Positions 22,994 through 32,000 of a DNA stretch of 32,000 nt are shown here, one piece after another. The translations under genes and the position numbers were made by a program. Position 1 is the first letter of the stretch, and each line of letters opens with the position of its first letter. The notes under the pieces were generated by a model. It was not told the origin of the DNA. It saw only the letters and a program-made list of their open reading frames with translations, and made no database searches. The DNA is taken from NCBI RefSeq assembly GCF_003966335.1, contig NZ_CP034549.1:1770001-1802000 (forward strand). Reading direction: 5' to 3'. The DNA comes from Nonlabens ponticola (GTDB lineage Bacteria > Bacteroidota > Bacteroidia > Flavobacteriales > Flavobacteriaceae).

Positions 22994-25288
22994 CTAGCTG
23001 TCTTTTACATCATAACGATCCAGCATCATGACCTTGTCCCATGCGGCGACAAAATCATGGATAAAACGATCATTTCCATCATCTGCAGCATAAACCTCGG
23101 CGATGTTGCGTAATTGGGCATTTGACCCAAAAACTAGATCATTGCGTGTTGCCGTATAATCTACCTGACCATTATCGCGTCTCTTTAAATCAAAGAGCAA
23201 CTTGCTCGAACTTTTAGGCACCCATTCATAATCCATGCTGGTAAGCACCTGGAAAAAGTCGTTTGTCAATTGACCTGGGCGCTGCGTGAATACACCATGT
23301 TTAGAATAGTCATAATTCTGCTCAAGTACTCGTAATCCGCCTGTAAGAACGGTCCATTCTGGCGCGCTCAACGATAATAGATTTGCTCTGTCTAGAAAGA
23401 TGCGCTCCTGAGCCACATGATAACCTACATTGTTGTTGTGGTAGTTTTTAAAGCCATCGGATACCGGTTTTAACCAATCAAAACTTTCTACATCAGTCCA
23501 TTCAGGGCTAGCATCCATGCGGCCTGGCGTGAAAGGTACTTTTATAGTTTTTCCTGCATCGCTCGCTGCTTTTTCTATGGCGGCACAACCACCTAGCACC
23601 ACAAGATCTGCAAGCGATATTTTTATATCGCCTGATGATTGATTGAAATCTGATTGGATATTTTTCAATGTATCCAGCACTTTGTTCAATTCTTTAGGTC
23701 TATTGAGGTCCCAATTGTTTTGCGGTTCCAGCGCTATTCTTGCTCCATTGGCGCCACCGCGCTTATCACTATGTCTGTAAGTGGATGCAGCTGACCATGC
23801 AGCATTTACAAGTGCAGACACGCTCAAACTGCTGTCAAGAATCTGCTTTTTAAGATCTGATATTTGTTGGTCATTCACCAATTTATGATCTACCGCAGGT
23901 ATCGGGTCTTGCCAGATTAGATCTTCAGCTGGTACTTCTGTTCCTAGGTAACGATCCTTAGGTCCCATGTCACGATGGGTTAGTTTGTACCACGCTTTCG
24001 CGAAAGCGGTAGTGAAATAATCAAAATCTTCCATGAATTTCTCACACACCTTGCGATAAGCCGGATCTACCTTGAGCGCTAGGTCAGACGTCATCATCAT
24101 GATAGGCTCTGACTTACCAGGAATATGTGCATCTGGTGTTTGTGGAGCATCCTCTTGAACTGGTGTCCATTGAATCGCACCAATCGGACTTTTAGTCTGT
24201 TTGTAATCGTATTTGAATAGGTTGATCAGGTAATCATTATCCCAATTGGTTGGATTTGATGTCCACGAACCCTCGATACCATTGGTCATCGTATTTTCCG
24301 CATTACCGTTGCCTACTGGATTATGCCAGCCAAAACCTTGTGCCTCCATAGGTGCTGCTTCTGGTGCTGCTCCCAATTTGTCAGGTTCTACCATACCATG
24401 ACTTTTTCCAAAGGCGTGACCACCAGCAATAAGCGCCACAGTCTCTTCATCATTCATCGCCATACGCGCAAAAGATTCCCGTATGTTTCTTGCACTGTCC
24501 ATAGGATCACCGTTAGCGCCAGGTCCTTCTGGATTTACATAAATTAGGTTGGAGTGCGTCGCAGCTAGCGGATTCTCAAGATCGTGGTATTCTTCCTTAG
24601 GATCACCTTTCCATCGCAGGTTATTGTTCACCATCTCTTCTGGATGACCCTTGCGGTTGACACCAGTTTGCGATTCTTCATATTTCTTGCCGTCCCAAAA
24701 TTCTGGACCCCAATAGGTACTGCGATCTGGTTCCCATGCGTCGCGGCGACCGCCGGCAAAACCATAAGTAGGAAAGCCCATGATCTCTAGCGCGCAGTTA
24801 CCTGTGAGGACGATCAAATCTGCCCATGAGAGTGCCGCACCATATTTTTTCTTTATAGGCCAGATAAGTCGTTGCGACTTATCAATGTTACCATTGTCCC
24901 ACCAGGAATTAATAGGCGCAAAACGTTGCATGCCCTGACCAGCGCCGCCGCGACCGTCTGCGATGCGATAGGTACCAGCACTATGCCACGCCATGCGTAT
25001 CATTTGCGGTCCATAATTGCCATAATCTGCAGGCCACCAGTCTTGAGAACTCACTAGAACCTCTTTGATATCTTTCTTGAGTTGATCATAGTCCAGGCTA
25101 TTAAACGCAGCCTTATAATCCTCATCACTCAAAGGGTTGGAGATGGGTTGTTCCTGGTGCAAGAATTCCACTTGTAGTCTGTTGGGCCACCAATCATCAG
25201 TCGTAGGTGTGGATACAATGGCGCCGCCTATACGTGTACCTCTAAAGGGGCACATTGCTAGGTTTTCTGGGTTGCTTATATCTTTCAT
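22994..25288 (-). CDS. katG: Catalase-peroxidase
   Basis: Start trimmed to ATG 25288 ([15 protein letters not shown]). Hallmark KatG sequences [37 protein letters not shown]. Two-domain length of about 764 aa. Confidence 0.97.
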   Translation of the reverse strand: MKDISNPENLAMCPFRGTRIGGAIVSTPTTDDWWPNRLQVEFLHQEQPISNPLSDEDYKAAFNSLDYDQLKKDIKEVLVSSQDWWPADYGNYGPQMIRMAWHSAGTYRIADGRGGAGQGMQRFAPINSWWDNGNIDKSQRLIWPIKKKYGAALSWADLIVLTGNCALEIMGFPTYGFAGGRRDAWEPDRSTYWGPEFWDGKKYEESQTGVNRKGHPEEMVNNNLRWKGDPKEEYHDLENPLAATHSNLIYVNPEGPGANGDPMDSARNIRESFARMAMNDEETVALIAGGHAFGKSHGMVEPDKLGAAPEAAPMEAQGFGWHNPVGNGNAENTMTNGIEGSWTSNPTNWDNDYLINLFKYDYKQTKSPIGAIQWTPVQEDAPQTPDAHIPGKSEPIMMMTSDLALKVDPAYRKVCEKFMEDFDYFTTAFAKAWYKLTHRDMGPKDRYLGTEVPAEDLIWQDPIPAVDHKLVNDQQISDLKKQILDSSLSVSALVNAAWSAASTYRHSDKRGGANGARIALEPQNNWDLNRPKELNKVLDTLKNIQSDFNQSSGDIKISLADLVVLGGCAAIEKAASDAGKTIKVPFTPGRMDASPEWTDVESFDWLKPVSDGFKNYHNNNVGYHVAQERIFLDRANLLSLSAPEWTVLTGGLRVLEQNYDYSKHGVFTQRPGQLTNDFFQVLTSMDYEWVPKSSSKLLFDLKRRDNGQVDYTATRNDLVFGSNAQLRNIAEVYAADDGNDRFIHDFVAAWDKVMMLDRYDVKDS
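23993..24008. repeat. Iterated palindrome copy 5 (core 23994-24007, extended CGCTTTCGCGAAAGCG)
   Basis: Read directly. Inside katG, encodes TAFAKAW. Confidence 0.95.
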
Positions 25289-25535
25289 AGATGTAATTTG
25301 ATAGGTTATAGGTGAAAGCGCATTAAGAAACGATGCTTTACCGCATTGCTTAAAGCTATAAAAAAATAGCATCATTCAAATGATCTTCCTATGCTTTGTG
25401 GTAATATTAGTATTAGAAAAAAATAAATTATCAACTAGTACTGCCTCGTTGAAATTAGTCAAAAAGCCGTAAGTTTTCCAATATAATACAAATCGGTTTA
25501 TCTGAAATTGCGACAATGGATGTTGCGAGAAGTGT

Positions 25536-26306
25536 TTAACCTATTCTATCACTGACTATTTTTTTTCTCAGCAGTTTTCGTGAGAAAAAATCTCTAGGGA
25601 AGTTTTTTGATACATAACTAGTCTGCATATGTGTTGCACGGTATTTTGAACAATCACGCATAAAGGAGTCTATTCTTTTTTCAAAAAGATCACCACCATA
25701 GACTGGATAACGCTGTGAATCCTGGTGGTCATGACTATAAATATTCTCTTTGAATACTGCGGTCTCGATCAGATAGGCTTGATCTGAGAAGCCTTGACTG
25801 ATGGCAAATGGTTCTACTACTTTCGTTGATTCATTTTGAACCTGATCAAAGGCAAAATTCCAAGCAGGATTCACGCAGATCACGTCCTTATTATTTTTGA
25901 GCAGTTGCACACCATCGGGAATCCACGTTGCCTGATCTTTCGGTATCCAGCTATCTCCAGATAGGTGGAACAGAAATGGAGTAGGACATTGTTGTATACC
26001 AACAATTTCAGCTATGGAGTAGACGTATCCTGCGCCAAAATGCGTCTTATCCAATTGAAAATGTTCTAGTGTTTCTTTTTCATGATCATGTACTGCATGG
26101 TAGCTGTCAATGACTCCATTATTAATAAGTCGATCACAATGCTTTTTTACTCCGTTAAGATCTTTGACATTATTGATGATGATCTGTCTGTGATCAAACT
26201 CATGGTTACAGTAGTCTATGACTTTCTTGAGATAATTGTTCTTGAGAATAAACTCCCAATCCTTTTCCCATACTTTGGTCTCAAAAGTAACTTGATCTGT
26301 AAGCAT
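25536..26306 (-). CDS. Hypothetical protein, AT-rich gene
   Basis: 256-aa ORF with ATG start, 3 nt downstream of the preceding gene. No motif I can name with confidence. Confidence 0.55.
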   Translation of the reverse strand: MLTDQVTFETKVWEKDWEFILKNNYLKKVIDYCNHEFDHRQIIINNVKDLNGVKKHCDRLINNGVIDSYHAVHDHEKETLEHFQLDKTHFGAGYVYSIAEIVGIQQCPTPFLFHLSGDSWIPKDQATWIPDGVQLLKNNKDVICVNPAWNFAFDQVQNESTKVVEPFAISQGFSDQAYLIETAVFKENIYSHDHQDSQRYPVYGGDLFEKRIDSFMRDCSKYRATHMQTSYVSKNFPRDFFSRKLLRKKIVSDRIG

Positions 26307-26309
26307 GGA

Positions 26310-26909
26310 CTATACAATTATTCCTAAGCCATTATGATGAGGGTAGTTATATACCTTCTTACCCGTCTTTTTGGCAATGTCATAAACAGCATGACGTACT
26401 TCCATGAACGATTCTGTATCATGAAAAATAGCACAAGAAGAATGCGTAGCTGCCCATAATCCACATTGATATGTGTGTTTATAATCGTGGATGATGTCTA
26501 CATGGATGAGATCATGTTGATCTTCATTGTTTTTGATATACTCTTGATAGGTAGACTGGATCAGGTGTATGTTGTTAAATTTTTCTACCGATTCGCTGGT
26601 TGACTCATAATGATCTTGCTTAATTCCAGAATGGTCATCACCTATGAATGTGTCCACACCTATAACTTTATCAAAATAATTGGAGAGTGCCACTGTGGAG
26701 AAACAAAATTCTGTACCAAATTCCAGACAGCTATCAGTATTAAGATTAAATCGTTCTATAATATCTGGAATGATTTGTTCCAATCCTTTCCATGCAGAGT
26801 GTATCTCAAGCATTTTAGATGCTTGCTGCAGCTGTTTGGGCTCATAAGTAGGCAGATTATATTTTGCTCTTAAGGCCTTGTTTTTAATTCTTTTTACAAA
26901 ATACTTCAT
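26310..26909 (-). CDS. Probable class I SAM-dependent methyltransferase (Methyltransf_24-like)
   Basis: 199 aa. CLEFGTEFCFSTVAL resembles SAM-binding motif I. DLIHVDIIHDYKHTY resembles the D-x-I-D-x-x-H-x-Y region of this family. Assignment by pattern only. Confidence 0.5.
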   Translation of the reverse strand: MKYFVKRIKNKALRAKYNLPTYEPKQLQQASKMLEIHSAWKGLEQIIPDIIERFNLNTDSCLEFGTEFCFSTVALSNYFDKVIGVDTFIGDDHSGIKQDHYESTSESVEKFNNIHLIQSTYQEYIKNNEDQHDLIHVDIIHDYKHTYQCGLWAATHSSCAIFHDTESFMEVRHAVYDIAKKTGKKVYNYPHHNGLGIIV

Positions 26910-26939
26910 CGCGCTCCATGTGATTATAAGTTGCAGGTG

Positions 26940-28670
26940 CTAAAATAACTTTTTTCGCACCGCTAAAATTCCAGTTGTGCAAAGGAAAAATACTCCTAGA
27001 AGTACAAAACCGATCATGGTCTCGCCATAAATCAGTTTGCCGATCGCGAATAACAAGCTGTAAACACCAGCGACACCGAGTAAAAAGGCAATAGTTTTAA
27101 ACTGAAAATTGTGAAATTTTGACTGGTCACCATGAATTGTTTGGTGAAATGTCTTTAGAGTTTCCGCACTGCTTGATGATGTCACAAACGTCACCGCTAA
27201 CCATGCGACGCTGGTAATCAATACGTTGCTGCATATTTTCTCATAACTTGCAAGATCAGGAAATAGTGCCGCATCATATCGGGCATTGATGAAAAACAGT
27301 ATCGCCATGATAAAGGAAACGATCATCGCAGTAATCTCTGACCACGGATTGATACGATACCAAAACCATCGCAATATGAATAACAATCCAGATCCAGCAC
27401 CTATTTGTATGACGAGATCAAAGGCATCTTTTGCCTCTTCCAACACTAATGACAGCAGGCCAGCCAAAATCATCATTACAATGATACTAGTTCTACCTAT
27501 GATGATTTTTTGTTTTTCGCTGGCGTCTCTATTAATAAAGCGTGCATAAAAGTCATTCACGATGTAACTGGAACCCCAATTAAGATGTGTTGAAATCGTA
27601 CTCATAAATGCTGCGACAAGCGAGGTCACTACAAGACCTAGCAATCCTGCGGGCAAGAAAACGAGCATCGCTGGATAACTCAAGTCATTTTTTATGAATT
27701 GCGATTCCAGTTCTGGAAAGGCGTTAGCCAGTGCGTCTAGATTGGGATAAATGATCAATGATGCCAAACCTATAATGATCCAGGGCCATGGTCTTAGCGC
27801 ATAGTGAGCCAAATTGAAAAATAGCACTGCCCACGTGGCATTTTTTTCATCCTTAGCAGCCAGCATGCGCTGTGCTACATAGCCACCACCACCAGGTTCT
27901 GCACCAGGATACCAAGTGCTCCACCACTGTACGGCGATAGGTATGATAAAAATGGCAGCAACTAGCTCAGTATTTGAGAAGTCGGGTAGCATGTCAATTT
28001 TTCCAGCAACATTGGGATGCGTTATGAGATTTTGCATACCGCCTATTTCTGGCATGTCAAGAATGTAGATGGTAGCCCAGATAGAACCTACCATAGCAAT
28101 TATGAATTGTATGAAGTCTGTAATAAGAACTCCTTTCAAACCACCCAACAATGAATAGGCAACGGTAACTATGGATGCAATGATAAGTGTGCGTCCAGCA
28201 CTGAAGCCGAACATCACATGACCTATCTTGATAGCGGCCAGACAAACGGTTCCCATGATGATGACGTTGAAGATGACACCTAAATAAATCGCTCTAAAAC
28301 CTCTCAAGAATGCGGCGCTTTTCCCGTCATATCTCAATTCATAAAATTCAAGATCTGTTGTGATGCCGCTGCGTCGCCATAATCGTGCGTAGAAAAAGAC
28401 CGTCAGCATTCCTGTCAATAAAAATGCCCACCATTCCCAATTTCCAGCGACACCAGTCGTACGCACTATTCCTGCAACTAGATTAGGCGTATCGGCAGCA
28501 AAGGTGGTTGCCACCATGGAAACTCCTAGCAACCACCACGGCATGGATCTGCCCGATAAGAAAAAGGAGTCGGCATTCTTAGAGCTTTGGCGTGATACCA
28601 CGATACCTACAACGAGAGATATTACAAAAAAAGCGATGATGATCGCAAAATCGATGAACTCTAGAGCCAT
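26940..28670 (-). CDS. Sodium:solute symporter (SSS) family transporter
   Basis: 576 aa with many hydrophobic helices. Family-typical stretches GRSMPWWLLG, GGGYVAQRMLAAKDEKNA. Confidence 0.85.
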   Translation of the reverse strand: MALEFIDFAIIIAFFVISLVVGIVVSRQSSKNADSFFLSGRSMPWWLLGVSMVATTFAADTPNLVAGIVRTTGVAGNWEWWAFLLTGMLTVFFYARLWRRSGITTDLEFYELRYDGKSAAFLRGFRAIYLGVIFNVIIMGTVCLAAIKIGHVMFGFSAGRTLIIASIVTVAYSLLGGLKGVLITDFIQFIIAMVGSIWATIYILDMPEIGGMQNLITHPNVAGKIDMLPDFSNTELVAAIFIIPIAVQWWSTWYPGAEPGGGGYVAQRMLAAKDEKNATWAVLFFNLAHYALRPWPWIIIGLASLIIYPNLDALANAFPELESQFIKNDLSYPAMLVFLPAGLLGLVVTSLVAAFMSTISTHLNWGSSYIVNDFYARFINRDASEKQKIIIGRTSIIVMMILAGLLSLVLEEAKDAFDLVIQIGAGSGLLFILRWFWYRINPWSEITAMIVSFIMAILFFINARYDAALFPDLASYEKICSNVLITSVAWLAVTFVTSSSSAETLKTFHQTIHGDQSKFHNFQFKTIAFLLGVAGVYSLLFAIGKLIYGETMIGFVLLGVFFLCTTGILAVRKKLF

Positions 28671-28724
28671 GGTTTACTTGTGTTAAAAATTTATGAATGA
28701 TAAATATATAGGAATATGTGAGCA

Positions 28725-28740
28725 CGCTTTCGCGAAAGCG
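28725..28740. repeat. Iterated palindrome copy 6 (core 28726-28739, extended CGCTTTCGCGAAAGCG), intergenic
   Basis: Read directly. In the divergent region between the symporter and pfkA. Confidence 0.95.
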
Positions 28741-28891
28741 GAATAATTACCAACTGCACTGCAAACATGAAATTAGGATTAAAAGTTATCAACGAAAACG
28801 TTTGAAATTTCTAGAATAGAGAAATTCTCATTGATACAGCGTGTAACTTGCTGTTTCTTTAATAGATTAGCAAGGATATTGTGAATGTAAC

Positions 28892-29878
28892 ATGAGTAAG
28901 AAGATTGAAAGAATAGGAGTGATGACGAGTGGTGGCGATTCTCCAGGAATGAATGCCGCTATAAGGTCTGTTGTGCGTACGTGTGCTTATCACAAGTTAG
29001 AGTGCGTGGGCATTTATCGTGGTTATCAAGGACTGATTGAAGGCGATTTTAAAACGCTGGATGCTCGTAGCGTCAATAACATTATAAATAAGGGTGGTAC
29101 GATATTAAAGAGTGCGAGATCCAAAGAATTTAGAACAAGAGAAGGCCGTGATATTGCCTTCAAAATGGCTAAGGAAAAAGGTCTTGATGCACTCGTGGTG
29201 ATAGGTGGTGATGGTAGTTTCACCGGTGCAATGATTTTTTCCCAGGAAAATGATTTTCCAGTAATGGGAATTCCTGGAACCATAGATAATGATATATATG
29301 GAACGAGCAGCACGCTAGGATATGACACCGCACTTAATACTGTCGTCGAGGCTATAGATAAAATACGCGATACTGCGAGTTCACATAACAGACTGTTTTT
29401 TGTTGAGGTTATGGGACGTGATGTAGGTCACATTGCACTCAATGCTGGAGTTGGCGCTGGTGCAGAGGAAATATTGATACCCGAAGAAGACCTAGGTAAA
29501 GAGCGATTGATTGAAAGCTTAAAGCGCAGCCGCGCCTCAGGCAAATCATCCAGTATCGTGGTGGTTGCCGAAGGTGATAAAACAGGTGAAAACGTCTTTG
29601 ATCTTAAGTATTATGTAGAAGAAAACCTACCTGAATATGAAGTAAGAGTTTCCGTACTTGGGCACATGCAACGTGGTGGATCACCATCCTGTTGGGATCG
29701 TGTGCTTGCCAGTCGCATGGGCGTAAAAGCTGTCGAAAGCCTATTAGATGGTAAAACGAATTACATGGTAGGTATAAAGGATAGTATGATGGCGCTTACA
29801 CCTATTGATCAGGCAGTGAAAGGAAAGACTGATATTGATCTTGAGCTCTTACGTGTAAGTGATATCATGACAACATAA
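28892..29878 (+). CDS. pfkA: ATP-dependent 6-phosphofructokinase
   Basis: 328 aa. IGVMTSGGDSPGMNAAIR, VIGGDGSFTGA, GIPGTIDNDI, LGHMQRGG. Confidence 0.95.
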   Translation: MSKKIERIGVMTSGGDSPGMNAAIRSVVRTCAYHKLECVGIYRGYQGLIEGDFKTLDARSVNNIINKGGTILKSARSKEFRTREGRDIAFKMAKEKGLDALVVIGGDGSFTGAMIFSQENDFPVMGIPGTIDNDIYGTSSTLGYDTALNTVVEAIDKIRDTASSHNRLFFVEVMGRDVGHIALNAGVGAGAEEILIPEEDLGKERLIESLKRSRASGKSSSIVVVAEGDKTGENVFDLKYYVEENLPEYEVRVSVLGHMQRGGSPSCWDRVLASRMGVKAVESLLDGKTNYMVGIKDSMMALTPIDQAVKGKTDIDLELLRVSDIMTT

Positions 29879-29957
29879 GAGATTAACAATTTAAAGGAGT
29901 ACATAAAATTTAATCATAAGCTGCTGTAAATAAGCAGTCTAAATAAATAAGAATATT

Positions 29958-30962
29958 ATGAGTAAGAAGTTAAGATTAGGAATCAACGGTTTTGGTAGAA
30001 TAGGACGTATCGTCTTTAGAGCAACGCTCGAGCGTGATAATGTCGAAGTTGTTGCTATCAACGACCTTGTTGATGTGGAGCAACTTGCATACCTACTAGA
30101 ATATGATTCTGTACATGGTCGTTATGGTGGATCTATCGAGATTAAAGATGGTAACCTTATCATCGATGGAGTCCATGTGCGCGTTACTGCAGAGCGTGAT
30201 CCAAAGAATCTTAAATGGGACGATGTGGATGTAGATGTTGTTGCAGACTGCACAGGAATCTTTACAGACCTTGACACGGCACAAGCGCATATCGACGCTG
30301 GTGCTAAGAAAGTGGTGATTTCCGCTCCATCAAAAACAGCTCCTATGTTTGTGATGGGTGTCAATGACAATGAGCTAACAGCAGATCATACTATAGTATC
30401 AAACGCATCTTGTACTACTAACTGTCTAGCGCCTATGGCAAAGATCCTGGATGATAACTTTGGTATCGAGGAAGCATTGATGACAACGGTACACGCAGCC
30501 ACAGCTACCCAGGCTACTGTTGATGGACCTAGCAAGAAGAACTATAGATTAGGTCGTAGTGCCTTGAATAATATTATACCTACATCTACCGGTGCAGCTG
30601 TTGCCGTGACTAAGGTAATACCTTCACTAAAGGGTAAATTGACTGGTATGGCCTTCCGCGTGCCAACTGCTGACGTATCTGTGGTTGACCTAACTGTAAA
30701 ACTAAAGAAAGAAACATCTTTAGAAGAAGTGAGCGCAGCCTTTAAAAAAGCATCTCAAGGTGCTATGAAAGGTGTAGTAGGATATACTGATGAGCCTGTG
30801 GTATCACAGGATTTTGTTAGCGATGCACGTACAAGCATCTATGATGCTGATGCAGCGATTGAGTTAAACCCTACTTTTTACAAATTAGTGAGCTGGTATG
30901 ACAATGAGTTTGGTTACTCAAACAAGCTTGTTGACCTTGCAGAAAAAGTAAATTCTCTCTAA
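29958..30962 (+). CDS. gap: Type I glyceraldehyde-3-phosphate dehydrogenase
   Basis: 334 aa. [10 protein letters not shown], active-site [21 protein letters not shown]. Confidence 0.97.
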   Translation: MSKKLRLGINGFGRIGRIVFRATLERDNVEVVAINDLVDVEQLAYLLEYDSVHGRYGGSIEIKDGNLIIDGVHVRVTAERDPKNLKWDDVDVDVVADCTGIFTDLDTAQAHIDAGAKKVVISAPSKTAPMFVMGVNDNELTADHTIVSNASCTTNCLAPMAKILDDNFGIEEALMTTVHAATATQATVDGPSKKNYRLGRSALNNIIPTSTGAAVAVTKVIPSLKGKLTGMAFRVPTADVSVVDLTVKLKKETSLEEVSAAFKKASQGAMKGVVGYTDEPVVSQDFVSDARTSIYDADAAIELNPTFYKLVSWYDNEFGYSNKLVDLAEKVNSL

Positions 30963-30976
30963 CCAACCATTCCCTA

Positions 30977-31008
30977 AAGCTGCTAGTATTTTACTAGCAG
31001 CTTTTTTA
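30977..31008 (+). terminator. Rho-independent terminator after gap
   Basis: AAGCTGCTAGTA-ttt-TACTAGCAGCTT 12-bp stem followed by a T-run. Confidence 0.8.
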
Positions 31009-31030
31009 TGTTTAAATAATACCATCTTTT

Positions 31031-31885
31031 ATGATACTTATTACTGATAGCGGTTCAACAAAATGCGACTGGATTGCGCTCGATGAAAAAGGCGAGCAGC
31101 TATTTAAAACGCGCACTGAGGGCATGAATCCAGCAATCCTATCAGTAGAAGAGCTGCAATCTCGTATGGTGAGCAGTGAAGAGTTGGTATCCAGTAAAGA
31201 TGAGGTAACCCAAGTGTTTTTTTACGGTGCTGGTTGTGGTACAGAAAAGCCCAGAATGGCTTTGCAAGTATTGTTACAAACCTATTTCTCTAATGCAGAG
31301 GTAACTGTAAAAGAAGATACAGCAGCAGCGGTATATGCAGCAGTAGGCGATAAGCCTGGTGTGGTTTGCATTCTAGGTACCGGATCAAATTGTTGCTTCT
31401 CTGATGGTAAGAACATCACTCATAAGGTAACCAGCTTAGGTTATACACTTATGGATGAGGCTAGTGGTAACTGGTATGGGAAAGAATTGATAAGAGATTA
31501 TTACTTCAAAAATATGCCAGAAGATCTGAGAAAATCGTTTGCCGTGGCCTATGACATGGAAAGTGATCATATCAAATTTAATCTTTATAAACAGCCCAAC
31601 CCAAACGCTTATCTAGCAAAGCATGCAGAATTTATTTTTCAGAATTTAGACGAGCGCTACATTAAAAAATTACTGCGTCGTGGTTTGCGCAAATTTTCCC
31701 GTAACATGATCCTTCAATTCCATGAAGAGATTAAGGCGCATCAAGTCCATTTTGTGGGTAGCATCGCACATTTTGCTGAGCGTCGCATCAAGCAAGTTGC
31801 TGGTGAGTTTGACTATGAGGTAGGCAATATAGTACGCAGACCTATAGAAGGCCTAGTGGATTATCATCGCGCGAAGTTGGCGTAA
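31031..31885 (+). CDS. BadF/BadG/BcrA/BcrD-type ATPase, N-acetylglucosamine kinase-like
   Basis: 284 aa. N-terminal ILITDSGSTKCDW and ILGTGSNC phosphate-binding-like motifs of the ASKHA fold. Confidence 0.75.
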   Translation: MILITDSGSTKCDWIALDEKGEQLFKTRTEGMNPAILSVEELQSRMVSSEELVSSKDEVTQVFFYGAGCGTEKPRMALQVLLQTYFSNAEVTVKEDTAAAVYAAVGDKPGVVCILGTGSNCCFSDGKNITHKVTSLGYTLMDEASGNWYGKELIRDYYFKNMPEDLRKSFAVAYDMESDHIKFNLYKQPNPNAYLAKHAEFIFQNLDERYIKKLLRRGLRKFSRNMILQFHEEIKAHQVHFVGSIAHFAERRIKQVAGEFDYEVGNIVRRPIEGLVDYHRAKLA

Positions 31886-31949
31886 ATAGATGTGCTGCTT
31901 TAAAAGTCAATGGTGCCATTAGCATGAAGAAAATGCGATCTTTTTTGTT

Positions 31950-32000
31950 TTAATGAAACTTGATATATTCAATATCTAGTTTAAAGTCGCTGGATTCATC
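31950..32000 (-). CDS. C-terminal fragment of a minus-strand ORF (...DESSDFKLDIEYIKFH*), partial
   Basis: Open frame from the window edge to the TAA at 31952-31950. Only 16 codons are visible. Confidence 0.25.
   Translation of the reverse strand, partial: DESSDFKLDIEYIKFH

Overview
This looks like a Bacteroidota (Flavobacteriia-like) chromosome segment; the taxon is inferred from gene content, signal peptides and promoter-like motifs. It has two distinct parts.

(A) Positions 1-6565 form an integron-like platform.
- A 277-aa Xer-type tyrosine recombinase (5732-6565, +) is transcribed away from a co-oriented minus-strand array of at least 6 complete gene cassettes.
- The cassettes are AT-rich and tightly packed. 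They are separated by 127-128 bp imperfect-palindrome repeats with ACAAC...GTTGT termini.
- The array ends in a half-site (5617-5632) next to the recombinase and runs off the left edge of the window.
- Three sequence-level signatures support site-specific cassette recombination: the 4-5 nt outside each repeat pair with the neighbouring repeat rather than with the same repeat's other end; the stems show compensatory covariation; and conserved G:T positions favour folding of one strand.
- The recombinase lacks the insertion that defines canonical IntI integrases, so this may be an undescribed integron-like system.
- Cargo is five small exported proteins of unknown function, a Ser/Thr kinase fusion, and one ORF split by an in-frame TGA.

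(B) Positions 6.6-32 kb are ordinary core genome.
- Genes: two amidohydrolases, a DUF3810-like metallopeptidase, a GlmU-like hexapeptide protein, a lipoprotein, a secreted zinc metalloprotease, a FAD oxidoreductase, a serine hydrolase, an SF2 helicase with transmembrane segments, katG, a sodium:solute symporter operon, pfkA, gap and a BadF/NagK-like kinase.
- Two non-genic oddities stand out. A perfect 14-bp palindrome, GCTTTCGCGAAAGC, occurs 6 times, 5 of them inside unrelated CDSs. A composite heptanucleotide microsatellite block lies at 16262-16645.

I saw no rRNA, tRNA, CRISPR array or transposase.
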